From: Squalus acanthias
Lineage: Eukaryota
Reading direction: 5' to 3'
DNA: 64,000 nt
Assembly: GCA_030390025.1 (NCBI GenBank)
Contig: JASTWF010000093.1
Location: 930,001-994,000, forward strand
Position 1 is the first letter of the stretch; the number at the start of each line of letters is the position of its first letter. The notes below the pieces were generated by a model. That model was not told the origin of the DNA. It searched no databases and saw nothing but the letters and a program-made list of their open reading frames with translations. This document shows positions 1 through 12,503 of this stretch, in pieces. Position numbers and translations under genes: made by a program.

Positions 1-230
1 TGCTCCTCCCCGATCCTTCCCCCCACCCCACACGATGCTCCTCCCCGATCCTTCCCCACACCCCACACGATGCTCCTCCCCGATCCTTCCCCACACCCCA
101 CACGATGCTCCTCCCCGATCCTTCCCCACCCCACACGATGCTCCTCCCCGATCCTTCCCCACCCCACACGATGCTCCGCCCCGATCCTTCCCCCCACCCC
201 ACACGATGCTCCTCCCTGATCCTTCCCCCC
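1..230. repeat. C-rich minisatellite, ~33-36 bp unit (tgctcctccccgatccttccccaccccacacga), runs off the window start
   Basis: About 6-7 tandem copies are directly visible. Confidence 0.95.
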
Positions 231-1044
231 AATGCTTTCTCCTCAGGTCGAGGTATCCTAACTTAGCCATTTCCTATGCACACCTCATAACAGGGAAGAC
301 ATTAGGATCTCTCTGAATGGGTGAATTAAGATGGGCTGATTGGCCTTCCTCATTCAAAATCATCATGTGATAAGCAATATAGGGGAAGGATTCCTTGGTG
401 TGCTGCATGCAAGAAAATTGTAATCGCATTCCCTTCCAACACCCTCCTCACGTTCTCGACAGGAAAAAAGCTAAAAGCTTGTTGTCTAATAGGTAATCCC
501 TCGCACCTATAGCTTCCAACCTCTCTTTCTACTGCAGTCTTTCTTGCTTCTATTTTATCAATACTGCTATGGTCAGTGCTTCCCTCAATTTACCTCTCTT
601 GTTCCTTATTAACTGCAAATTCACTGTCGTGAAAACTCTTCCCCCTCCCGGCATCTCCATTGTGTTGAAATCAAGATTGGTTTCACTGTTTTCCGACACT
701 AATTCTTTCCCCAGGCCTCAAAGCTGTAGAACTCCTCACGAACTTCAGCCTTCTCTTCTGCCCACAATCTAAAAGGGACACTTTTATTAGTATTTTACCT
801 CCAATTTTCTCCTCTCCTGAAGGTGGTAACTCAAGTGTTGTGTGGTGCACAGGTGCCAACAGCTGTCTAGTTCATCACTCAGCGTCCAATCTTCAGTTCT
901 GAGGCAGAGTGTAAACCCTTTATAGATGTTGATGGACCTGCCATGTGTTTTGTGAATTTGTTTAAGATTTCCAGCATTTGCAGCTTTCTCTTTTTACCCT
1001 TTCTTCGTGTCTGAGCCTAGACAGCGAGATGTTTGGACATTGAA

Positions 1045-1975
1045 GCATAGAAGATAGGAGCAGGAGTAGGCCATTCGGCCCCTCGAGCCTGCTCCGCCAT
1101 TTAATGAGATCATGGCTGATCATCCAAATTCAGTACCCTGTCCCTGCTTTCTCCCCATATCCCTTGAACCCTTTAGCCTTAAGAAATATATCTATCTCCT
1201 TCTTGAATATATTTAATGAATTGGCCTCAACTGCCTTCTGTGGTAGAGAATTCCACAGGTTCATAACACTCTGGGTGAAGAAATTCCTCCTCATCTCAGT
1301 CCTAAATGGCTTACCCCTTATCCTTAGACTGTGATCTCTGGTTCTGGACTCCCCCGCCATCGGGAACATCCTTCCTGCATCTAGTCTGTCTAGTCCTGTT
1401 AGAATTTTATAAGTTTCAATGAGATCCCCTCTCATTCTTCTAAACTCCAGCGAATATAAGCCTAATCGACCCAATCTCTCCTCTACCACCTTTTTTAAAT
1501 AGTGGGGTTACATTAGCTACCCTCCAATCCATGGGAACTGTTCCAGAGTCTATAGCATTTTGAAAGATGACCAGCAATGCATCTACTATTTCTAGGGCCA
1601 CTTCCTGAAGTACCCTAGGATGTAGATTATCAGGCCCTGGGGATTTATCGGTCTTCAATCCTGTCAATTTCCCTAACACCATTTCCCTACAAATACTGAT
1701 TTCATTCAATTCCTCCCTCTCATTAGACCCTATGTTCCCTGACATCTCTGGGAGTTTATTTGTGTCCTCCTTTGTGAAGACAGAACCAAAGTATGTATTT
1801 AATTCGTCAGCCATTTCTTTGTTCCCCATTATAAATTCCCCTGATTCTGACTGCAAGGGACCTACGCTTGACTTCACCAATCTTTTTCTCTTCACATATC
1901 TATAGAAGCTTTTACAGTCAGTTTTTATGTTCCCTGCAAGCTTACTCTCATATTCTATTTCCCCCCTCTTAATTG
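1045..1975 (-). mobile_element. CR1-type LINE fragment (ORF2 middle and 3' end, internally deleted)
   Basis: KSPGPDNLHPRVLQE...DWRVANVTPLFKKG and LGLYSLEFRRMRGDLIETYKI...RRNFFTQ motifs, plus the CR1-type 3' tail. Absent from the right arm. Confidence 0.9.
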
Positions 1976-2464
1976 AGGGTATCCACCTGACCTGGATCAC
2001 GATCCTCATTTAACATCCACACACACACACTCTTTCCAGCACGGGTGACGGGCAGTGATCAGGAATGGGAAACCTGACTGACGTCTTGCAGCCAGAGCCA
2101 AATGTAGAGCCCCACTATTGGCCTTGCTCAGATCAGCTAACTCAGCATAGACCTGGCATCATCCAAGTCAGGACTAAATTGTTCATTTTAAATCCGAGAT
2201 TGATAGATTTCTGTTAACCAGGGGTGTTACGGGATGTGGGGCAAAGGCGGGTATATGGAGTTAGGTCACAGATCAGCCATGATCTCATTGAATGGCGGTA
2301 CAGGCTCGAGGGGCCTGTTTGAATATTTAAACGGAACCTTGCTCTAACACTGTGATATTTTAAATGAAGTAGTATGATGATTCCTCCTAATGTTTTAAGC
2401 AGCTCTGGATGGCTAGTGTGAAGATCCAGCACCACTAATAATGTAAAGGAGGATGAAAATTTGG

Positions 2465-2925
2465 ATTACATAGGATATACAGCACGAAACAGGCCATTCG
2501 GCCCAACCAGTCCATGCCGGCGTTTATGCTCCACTCGAGCCTCCTCCTGTCTTTCCTCATCTAACTCTATCAGCATAACCCTCTATTCCCTTCTCCCTCA
2601 TATGCTTATCCAGCCTCCCCTTAAATGCATCTATACTATTCGCTTCAACCACTCCCTGTGGTAGCGAGTTCCACATTCTCACCACTCTCTGGGTAAAGAT
2701 GTTTCCTCTGAATTCCCCATTGGATTTCTTGGTGACTATCTTATATTGATGGCCGTGAGATTTGCTCTTCCCCACAAGTGGAAACATTCTCTCTGTGTCT
2801 ACTCTATCAAAACCTTTCATAATTTTAAAGACCTCTATTAGGTCACCCCTCAGCCTTCTCTTTTCAAAAGAGACCCAGCCTGTTCATCCTTTCCTGATAG
2901 GTATAACCTCGCATTTCTGGTATCA
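2465..2925 (-). mobile_element. CR1-type LINE 3' fragment
   Basis: FDRVDTERMFPLVG...FTQRVVRMWNSLP...AFKGRLDKHM. Confidence 0.85.
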
Positions 2926-5223
2926 AATTTAAATTTGCGACTGACTGACTTCTGTTTCTCCACAGATGTTGCCTGACCTGCTGAGTAAGTCCTGCTTTTT
3001 TTCTGTTTTTGTTTCATGAAGAATTTTTAAGCCATGAACGAACAGTTAACAGCTCCCCAGGCACAGATGGAAAGCAAGAGAGCAAGTCACCCTGGACTGG
3101 TCTCAACCGCCACCTGCTGGTCATTTACAAAACAGCACTGACAGGAAGTGTGAGCAGATTGCCTCTTTACTGTGTGGAACATAGGAACAGGAGGAGGCCA
3201 TTCAGCCCCTCGAGCCTGTTCCGCCATTCAATGAGATCATGGCTGATCTGTGACCGAAAATGTTGGCAGTGAGGATCCCAGTGTTTTTCTTTTCCATGAT
3301 TAGCTGCTGTGAGTTCTACACCATGTATTGTTAGAAATTGGGATTCACGGAGTTACATAGAGTCTACAGCACAGAAACAGGCCATTCGGCCCAACTGCTC
3401 TATGCCGGCTTTTATGCTCCATGCGAGACTCCTCCCACCCAGAGGATTTGAACAATTATATTCATCACTGCGTGAGGAAATGATTGTATGTTGGCCTCAG
3501 TCTGTGCTGCTTCAGGAGACAGATTTAACTGCAAAATGTATTCAGTTTCAAGGTTGAAATTCCATGAACCAAAGCTTGGAGTGGACAGTGCCAAAAACAG
3601 AGGGAAAAGCTAGAGTTTAAAAAAAAAATGGGAATATTCAACCACAACACACAAGAAAGTGGAACCATGACAGGAAAGTAGTAGAGTGGGCAGTGCAGGG
3701 CATTGGTTTCTTTCACACCATGACCAGTCCCCCCCTTGCTCCCATCACGTGGTTCTTTCTCTCCTTCCGTTCTTTCATAAACTTCTCCCATCGGCTCTCT
3801 CTGGTCTGCAACTTCAATTGCTTAGGATCCTTTTTGTGAGAATAGGCGCTCGTCTCGTGATTTATTTTGAGCCACATTGTTCTCGTGTCTCCTCCCAAGT
3901 TGTCAGCTTAAGAACATAACAAATAGGAGCAGGAGTCGGACACACAGCCCTTCCAGCCATTCACTATCACGGCCGATCTTCTACATCAACTCCACATTCC
4001 CACCCGATCCCCATATCCCTTGGTTCCTTTAGTGTCCAGAAATCTATTCAACGACTGAGCATCCACAGCCCTCTGGGGTAGAGAATTCCAAAGATTCACA
4101 AATTTCCAAATAAGTGCACCCTTTGTGTGGCTTGTATCGATGAGGACGAGACAAGCTTGACTTTAGGTTGAACTTTTTGCTGGTTCCAGTAGTGGTTCTG
4201 GGGAACCGGTATGGAGTAACCACTTTAGCCTGGGTAGGGTTAGTAGTGCTGTGGGGTTTGCATCTTATAGGTGCATCAGAGTGTCATTTCACCCTTAAAC
4301 TTATAAGGTTCTTAATTTAAAGTCAGTTTTGTGTAGTGTTACAATGCAATCTTTTTAAAACAGTACTCTGCACTAGTGCCATTCCGAGTCCACCCACTTT
4401 GACCCAAAAATAGGGTCTGGGAGTAGCAATGGGTTAGAGCATGGTTCTTTTGGAGGTCATCTGCTGCTACAGCTGACATAGCCAGTATATAACAGCCATA
4501 CTAAGAAGGCCCCAGGTTCAATTCCTAATTGGAGTAACGTGCTACAATTCCCTTAGTGCCCCAGATTGACGGGGAAGAATCAGACTCGGATGTGGTTTCT
4601 AGCTCCCAGTGTTTACTGTGTGTGGAACACTGATCCTCAAAATACCCTCAGTCAGTGTCTCAGCTCACAGACAATTGCCAGGAAATTCTTTGGGGTTTTT
4701 CACCACCCCCAACACACAGTGCCGCCTTAACTTCAGCAGCAGTCAGATTACGTAGGAAAATAGGGTTTCCAAAGTTATGGCGGTGGAGCGGAGAAGGCCC
4801 GAAGAAATTCACAGCACAACTGTTAAACTAAAGGAGGACAGGGTGCTAAAATAACTAAAGCAATTCTTGGAGACAATGACAAAAGAAGAAAATAGAATTA
4901 AATACAAAGCTTTATTGCATTAAGCTGTCCTGGTCCAGCAGAAGATGACCAATCCTGGTCCAGCAGAAGTTGAACAAAAAACACTATTGTATTAAATAAG
5001 AGTTTGGAAGTTACAAATGAGAAAAGGGACCAATCAGATGGCACTTGTTATTCTGTGTGTTGATATTTAGTAGTGAGGGTTAAGGAGACGTGTCCACATT
5101 TGCACAAGGCTGCGAATAGCAGTAACCCACGATGTTGCGGCAATAAATATCGGTTTTCATGGCTGAAGGGGCAGCGTCCAATCACATGCATTTTCTTGAA
5201 TGATCCATCACGTAATGCCGTGT

Positions 5224-5348
5224 TCATTTTGTTTCTCCATTTGCCAGTGAAGCACGTTTCTTGCACACGGCTATGACTAGAATTAAAATTATAAATTCAA
5301 TAGCAAGGACAGTGACTGCAAGCATCCAGCGATTTCTTGTTTTCATTT
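5224..5348 (-). pseudogene. Copy A exon 4 (TM and short cytoplasmic tail)
   Basis: ttccacag|AA ATG AAA ACA AGA AAT CGC TGG...; translates EMKTRNRWMLAVTVLAIEFIILILVIAVCKKRASLANGETK*. Has a 15-nt in-frame deletion relative to copy B. Confidence 0.85.
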
Positions 5349-5439
5349 CTGTGGAAAAAAAAGGGAAGAACACTATTGATCATTACGGCAGTGGTTTCAG
5401 TGCTGGTTTGGTCTTCTATGCTAAATCAGCCAAAAAAAG

Positions 5440-5868
5440 CCCACACATTTACACAGCGCCTTTCACAACCCCAAAGCGCTTTACAGCCAATGAAGTACTT
5501 TAAGTGGTCACTGTTGTAATGCAGGAAACGCAGCAGCCAATTTGCACACAGCAAGATCCCACAAACAGTAATTAGATAATGACCAGATAATTATTATTAT
5601 TATTTTTTTTTAAAAAGTGATGTTGAAGGATACTAATGGGGACACTGGAGAGAACTCCCCTGCTCTTCATAATAGTGCCATGGGATCTTTTTCGTCCACC
5701 TGAGAGCAGACAGGGCCTCGGTTTAACGTCTCATCTGAAAGGCGGCACATCCGACAGTGCAGCACTCCCTCAGTATTGTGCTGGAGCGTCAGCCTAGATT
5801 TTTGTGCTCAAGTCTCTCAAGTTGGGCTTTAACCCACGACCTTCTACCACTGATGCATGGCTGACACC
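5440..5868 (-). mobile_element. tRNA-derived SINE, DeuSINE/SacSINE1-like
   Basis: tRNA-like head plus a core shared by many copies in the window (29990-30453, 31175-31490, 37776-38090, 38508-38975, 46325-46745, 55436-55656, 60289-60495). Family name is from recall. Confidence 0.7.
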
Positions 5869-5869
5869 T

Positions 5870-6270
5870 AAAGAGAGATATTAGGCGGGGTGACTAAAAG
5901 CTTGGTCAAAGAGGTGGATTTTAAGGAAAGTTTTAAAAAAGGAGAGAGAGAGAGAGAGAGAGAGAGAGGTTTAGGGAGGGAATTCTGGAGCGCAAGCTAT
6001 AGATGGCTGCCAGTGGCAGGGCAATGGCAGTAGGGAATTCACAAGATGCCAGAGTTGGAGCAATGCAGAGGTCTCAGAGGGTTGTAGGGCTAGAGAAGGG
6101 TAGAGAGAGATTAGGAGGGACGAGGCCACAAAGGGACTTAACCACAAGGATAAGAATTTTAAATTCGAGGTGTTGGTAACCAGGAGCTAATGTAGGCCAG
6201 TGAGCACAGGGAGAGGGTTAGCAGATTGTAGTGCAGGATAGGAGAAGGGCAGCAGAGATTTGGATGAGCA
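5870..6270 (-). mobile_element. L2-like LINE 3' fragment
   Basis: aaagcttggtcaaagaggtg...ggtttagggagggaattc motif recurs at 29830-30750, 38390-38500 and 56300-56600. Confidence 0.6.
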
Positions 6271-6733
6271 GAAGTTTACATAGCGTGGAGGGTACAATAC
6301 AGCATAGAGAGAAAACTTCTTATATCCTCTCCAAGGAGCGAGGGAGACATTAAGGAGAGTCTTCGCAAATATGGGAGCAGTATCCAAGTCACAAAAGGAC
6401 TCGAGCTATAGAGAGTTAAAGGTATTTGGTGAGAAGTGTTTGGCACAAACGAGGAAACAGCTTTTGAGCAGCCGAGCAATGCAGCAGCTCCATTTGTGGT
6501 CTTGGGAGATAGTGAGGCCAAGAACATTGATAAGTCAAGAAGTGTAGGCCCATGAAAGTTAAAAAGGTGCAGTGGTTTATACTTGTGGAACCAGAGACTG
6601 GAACAGAAGTTTCTGAAGAACTGAAAGAAGATTTCCTTTACTTCAAATGGCATGGAGATCAAGATGTCGTGATTCAGCATTGTATCGCAAGACAACTGGA
6701 GGTTATGAGTACTGAGTGTAGGACACAACTTAC

Positions 6734-7008
6734 CTACAGAAAGACCAAATGTTCGAGAAACTGATTGGTGTAGAACATCATTTCTTAATCTGAATGTGTA
6801 GTTAGAACTCCTATTGGTGTCATTGATTTTCAGAATACTCTGCAGGGAGTATAGACCATCTCCACTTTGTTGGTACGAAGTCTCAGACAGTGTAGAAATA
6901 TCCTCATTTTCTTCATTGTACCAGGAAACAGTAGCCTCAGGGACTCAAATCTGAACACTGTCCCAGATGGTGTTAACTGAATAAAAAAGTCAGGTTCCTT
7001 GTAGTATG
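6734..7008 (-). pseudogene. Copy A exon 3 (IgC-like) with a 10-bp deletion
   Basis: ctacag|CA TAC TAC AAG GAA CCT...GTA G|gtaagt. Reads gagtcc^ctgagg where copy B has gagtcccaaggttaccctgagg. Confidence 0.9.
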
Positions 7009-7169
7009 CTGTAGATTAAAAAAAGGGTCATTAGAAACAAGAAATAAACTTGATAAAAATAATGCCAACTAGGAATTTTGTTCCAGTTAATAACTAATTG
7101 AAAATTGCAATAAAAGCTTTAAATGATCAAAAACAACAAATCCAAGTACAAACAGAATAGTAGATATTG

Positions 7170-7262
7170 TTCTGATGAAAGGTCATCGACCTGAAACGTT
7201 AACTCTCTTTCTCTCTCCACGGATGCTGCCTGGCCTGCTGAGTTTTTCCAGCGTTTTCTGTC
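7170..7262 (+). mobile_element. Short Penelope-type terminal-repeat insertion with an 11-bp TSD (agtagatattg)
   Basis: TSD at 7159-7169 and 7263-7273; empty site in the right arm (~43352); carries a CTGATGA...GAAA hammerhead core. Confidence 0.8.
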
Positions 7263-7700
7263 AGTAGATATTGCTGTTTGTGATCAATTTGGAGATATTC
7301 AAATCATTATACCAAGTGATCAAGTTGAAGGTGAAAATCCCACAATATCCTGCTGGCAGCTGTTCAGCCAAAATCATACGTAACCCTTGATGGTAAATAT
7401 CAGTGGGCTTTTCACCTGCGAGGCCATCACAGTTCAGCCCGATCCTGGAGCCGTCCACAGGCAGGGCTTGCTGAATAGCAAACGGGATTGCCAACCCTAA
7501 CCGAGGTTTGTCGATTGCACCAATAGCACTGCTCCAGCTGAGAGGAGCTAAACCAGCAGAGTCTGGGCATCAAACATGGTCTGTACGGCTCAGGCACTCA
7601 ATAGTGAGACTCACTGAGCCATCAGGGGAGGCCAAGAAGCATGACTTTAATTTTTCAGAACTGACTGAGAACAAAAATGAAAACTGAAAGAAGCATGTAC

Positions 7701-8051
7701 CTGCAAATATTAGAGACACAATGCCCTGGCCATTTCCTTTTCCGTTCCTGACAAAGCACACATACTGTCCAGCATCCTCTGGTCTCACTCTGTCCAGCTT
7801 CACTGAAACGTTCCCTTGTTTTAACTCCTCTGGGAATAAGCTTGCCCTCCCCGAATACCGAGGGCTTTGGCGACTCAGTTGCTCTTTTCCAGAATAATAA
7901 TAAACAACTTCCTCCGTCTCGACACGGTGCCAACTGATGAACAGCAGATCCAGTGACGATTCACCCCGAGCTGTAAAGCTGCAACTCAGCACCGTGTACT
8001 GGCCGTAGACAGCAGTCACTGGTGCTTCTGGGGTGTGGACTTGAAACTGAG
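7701..8051 (-). CDS. Copy A exon 2 (IgV domain, open)
   Basis: QFQVHTPEAPVTAVYGQYTVLSCSF...ISWH...RASLFPEELKQGNVSVKLDRVRPEDAGQYVC: a B7-type IgV with canonical C/W/C; 351 nt, phase 1-1. Confidence 0.9.
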
Positions 8052-8339
8052 CTGTGAATTCAAACAAATAGATTAGTAACAGCATTGTTCCAAGAGATTT
8101 AATCTTAACTCTTCAGAACATTTTATTTTAAATGGATGATTAATACGAGATTTATTCTTGAACACAGGAAAGCACTAAGAAGTAATTATCCCCACAGCTG
8201 TAATTTCTCTTCTCCTGAATGGTTGATATTTCCTGGGTTGATATTTTCTGTGATCTATTGAAATAGAAAAAGTTTTGTTCCCTCACCTCACAAAATGGAC
8301 ATCAAAAAAAGTAACTGCAGCAACATGATCAGTAAACAT

Positions 8340-9894
8340 CACAAAATAATGGGACTAAAAGACGACAGGTCCCCTGGACCAGATGGCCTGCATCCCAGGG
8401 TCTTAAAAGAAGTGGCTGCAGAGATAGTGGATGCATTGGTTGCAATCTACCAAAATTCCCTGGACTCTGGAGAGGTCCCAGCGGATTGGAAAACCACAAA
8501 TGTAACACCCCTATTTAAGAAAGGAGGGAGACAGAAAGCAGGAAACTATAGACCAGTTAGCCTAACATCTGTCGTTGGGAAAATGCTGGCGTCCTTCATT
8601 AAGGAAGCATTAGCAGGGCATTTGGAAAATCAATGCAGTCAAGCAGAGTCAGCATGGTTTTATGAAAGGGAAATCATGTTTAACAAATTTGCTGGAGTTC
8701 TTTGAGGATGTAACGAGCAGGGTGGATAAGCGTGAGCCAGTGGATGTGGTGTATTTGGATTTCCAGAAGGCATTCAATAAGGTGCCACATAAAAGGTTAC
8801 TGCATAAGATAAGAGCGCACAGAGTTGGGGGTAATATATTAGCATGGATAGAGAATTGGCTAACTAACAGAAAGCAGAGAGTCGGGATAAATGGGTCATT
8901 TTCCAGTTGGCAAACGCTAACTAGTGGGGTGCCACAGGGATCGGTGCTGGGGCCTCAACTATTTACAATCTACATTAATGACTTGGATGAAGGGACCGAG
9001 TGTACTGTAGCTAAGTTTGCAGAAGATACAAAGATGGGTGGGAAAGTAAGTTGTGCAAAGGGATATAGACAGGCTAAGTGAGTGGGCAAACATTTGGCAG
9101 ATGGAGTATAATGTGGGAAAGTGCAAGGTTATCCACTTTGGCAGGAAAAATAAAAAAGCTAGTTATTTTTTTAAATGGAGATTACAAAATGCTTCAGTTT
9201 AGAGGGACCTGGGGGTCCTTGTGCATGAAACACAAAAAGTTAGCATGCAGGTGCAGCAAGTAATCAAAAAGGCAAATGGAATGTTGGCCTTTATTGCAAG
9301 GGGGTTGGAGTATAAAAGCAGAGAAGTCCTGCTACAACTGTACAGGGTATTGATGAGACCACACCTTGAGTACTGCATACAGTTTTGGTCTCCTTATTTA
9401 AGGAAGGATATACTTGCATTGGAGGCAGTTCAGAGACGATTCACACAGTTGATTCCAGAGATGAGGGATTGACTTATGAATAAAGGTTGAGCCTATACTC
9501 ATTGGAATTTAGATGAATGAGAGGTGATCTTATTGAAACATACAAGATACTGAGGGGGCTCGACAAGGTAGATGCAGAGAGGATGTTTCCCCTCGTGGGG
9601 AAATCTAGAACTCCGGGGCACAGTTTCAGAATAAAGGGTCGCCCTTTTAGAACCGAGATGAGGAGGAATTTCTTCTCTGAGGGTCGTAAATCTGTGGAAT
9701 TCTCTGCCCCAGAGAGCCTCGGAGGCTGGGTCATTAAACACATTTAAGGTGGAGATAGACAGATTTTTTACAAGATAAGGGAGTGAAGGGTTATGGGGAG
9801 CGGGCGGGGAAGTGGCTTTGAGCCCAAGATCAGCCATGATCTTATTGAATGGCAGAGCAGGCTCGAATGGCCAAGTGGCCTATTCCTGCTCCTA
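8340..9894 (+). mobile_element. 5'-truncated, frameshifted CR1 LINE (RT and 3' end)
   Basis: SPGPDGLHPRVLKE, NYRPVSLTS, YLDFQKAF, GVPQGSVLGP, degenerate FAED. Mirrored at 40700-42290. Confidence 0.92.
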
Positions 9895-9992
9895 CAAAAA
9901 GAAAATACTGCAGATGCTGGAAATCTGAAATAAAAACAGAAAATGCTGGAGATACTCAGCAGGTCAGGCAGCATCTGTGAAGAGAGAAACAG

Positions 9993-10029
9993 AGTTAACG
10001 TTTCAGGTTGATGACCTTTCGTCAGAACT
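9993..10029 (-). ncRNA. Minimal type I hammerhead ribozyme motif
   Basis: agtt-CUGACGA-a-AGGUC auc AACCU-GAAA-cg-UU-aact; related copies at 7168-7204 and 20556-20592. Confidence 0.65.
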
Positions 10030-10807
10030 GGAAAAAAGCAGGAAATGGAACAGATTTTTAAGCAAGTGTAGGGGCTGGGAAAGGGGGGAGGGGATGAAAG
10101 AACAAAAGGGAAGGTCTGTGATAGGATAGAAGGCAGGAGAGGTTAAGAGACATTAAGAGATATTCAAGGCAAAAGGAGATGGTAATGGGACAGGTTAAGA
10201 AACAAAGGATGGCTCTAGATGAAGTGTAAATTGCACTGGCAGAATGAAAGACAGCTGCCATGTGGGGGAGAAGAAAAGACAAAAAGGTGTGGATAAAAAA
10301 TATATATAGGATAGGGGCTGAGGTTATGATCTGAAATTGTTGAACTCTATGTTGAGTCCAGAAGGCTGTAAAGTGCCTAATCGAAAGATGAGGTGCTGTT
10401 CCTCGAGCTTACGCTGAGCTTCAGTGGAACAATGCAAGAGGCCGAGGACGGTGAGGTCTGAGTGGGAGTGGAGCAGAGAATTAAACTGACAGGCGACCAA
10501 AAGCTCAGGGTCCCCCTTACGGACTGACCGGAGGTGTTCCGCAAAGCGGTCACCCAATCTGCGTTTGGTCTCCCCAATGTAGAGGAAACCACATCGTGAG
10601 CAGCAAATACAGTATACTAAATTGCAAGAAGTACAAGTAAATCGCTGTTTCACCTGGAAGGGGTGTTTCGGGCCCTGGACAGTGGGAAGGGGGGAGGTAT
10701 AAGGGCATGTGTTGCATCTCCTGCACTTGCACGGGAAGGTGCCGGGTGAAGGGGAAGGGGTGCTGGGGGGTGATAGAGGAGTGGACTAGGGTGTCTCGGA
10801 GGGAGCG

Positions 10808-12499
10808 TGTAGAATTCGCAATATATCGCGATTTTATTAATAAGGAGAAGAACACATAGTTTCGTTCAAACAGCTTTTATTTCAGCAGAATGCTGTCAGG
10901 TTTTCAAAGTGGACACAAGCAGCTTGTAAAATGGCCGCCACGCCTCGTGGCGGAACATTCCAGATTTTTCGATAGGCAGACAAGATGGCGTTCCAATAAA
11001 CATTTGTGCAAGATCGATCAAGACTCAGCACATTTAAGATAATACACGAGACATCATGGGTTTACAGTATACACATAAATACTGAAATCGGTCTCCCAGG
11101 TGCGAATAAGGGCTATTGTACCAAGTAATCAAGGACCCATCCAAAGACATTAATATGTAAAATCCCAACGACTCTACGATGAGAGAGCCGTTAGCGGGTA
11201 GTTACAGAAAACATTTGGAAGCCCCAAAACCCCTCCAGGGAGAACACCGACCGATTAAACAATGGGAGAAATATTAACAGGTACTCAGACAATTACGAGT
11301 ATCCCCGAAACCCATTAAAACGGAGATCACCCTATACAAGAAATTTGAGCGCCAAACCCTAACAAAAGAAAAGACATTAAGGTTGGGCGGGAAAAGGAAG
11401 ATTTTGCACTATAATTACAAGCTCCAAACCGTCCATCTTTCTCTTATTCGGTTGACTCTTATCCTGCTGGCGTTTATCCTCGTGGCTGCTCTTGACTCGC
11501 CGTCTTGTTCCTGTTTGCCTCGTGTCTCTTTTCAAAAGACTGTTGAACTTTACGATCCGCTCGGATCTACCTCGTGGCGTGTCGCGAAGACCTGTGTAGA
11601 ACTGGGCTCTGAAGCCTTGAAGCGGGCGCACCATCCCGATAAGTCGGTAAACGGTGTTGGAACCGAAGGCCCGAGATGAGATGAGATGAGATGAGAAGAG
11701 AAGAAGACCATACTTATCGCCACGGTCAGTAAGCTCCGACCGCGCCTGTAGGTCGAATAGACACTTTCCTTGCCCAGGAAGACTTCTTTTGAGTTCTACA
11801 GAACTGGCACAGGAAGACTATTTTTCAAATTTTATCAGTGCGAGGGCAAAGGAAGACTCTTCTTTGAGCAGTGTCGGAACTCCGAGGACAACACAGATCT
11901 TCATGACAGCAGACGTTCCAGCCTGCTAGCCGGAGCAGAAACGAGTAAACAAGTGGGGTACGGAGACCCCCTGATCGACACGTGGGTGCTGCGGTGAAAA
12001 ACATCCGATCAGAGTTTTCGGAATTCTCCGAGTTATCACGAGTGGTGAGCATGAGTCTCGAATCCTACGAATCTAGCTTAGGACAGATATTGATAGGGGA
12101 GGGTTTTAAGTATTAAGGATAATTGTAATGTGTGCCCCCATTTACGATGTGTCGTTCGTTCCTCGTTTCCCTGAAATTAGTCACATAACTGCGTGTAAGA
12201 TTGTACTGTCATTAATCTGTGCTTATGACATGTATTTCATAATCTTAAATAATATGCAATAAAGATTTTCCATTTCGTACCATTCAACCGAGTCTACCTG
12301 AGTTTTATCTCCATTACTGCTCTCGCATCTAAGTCCAGTGTCAGAACCGTAAGGGCGAGTGGGTCGAACCACTCACAGGTGTCTAGTGCTCCCAGGCTGG
12401 CTGGAGACCAGAACAGGCAACAAGGCCTAAACTCGCACTAGCATCCAGGCTGCACAGAGCCACACGAATCTCACAGGTTGAGAGACAAAAACCCTTACA
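10808..12499 (+). repeat. 5' LTR (1692 bp)
   Basis: Starts tgtaga, ends ttaca; AATAAA at ~12258; direct repeat of 18523-20219. Confidence 0.95.
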
Positions 12500-12503
12500 G
12501 AAA

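Noticed and set aside
1440-2009. CR1 fragment starting near the residue where the central CR1 (35934) stops; possibly its missing half
   Set aside because: The overlapping segments differ substantially (EIEYESKLAG vs KMDYEHKLAK), so they are different copies.
11383-11679. 98-aa LTR ORF with a signal-like hydrophobic stretch (also 19098-19394)
   Set aside because: Non-ATG start and no recognisable domain; its presence in both LTRs is expected and is not evidence of coding.
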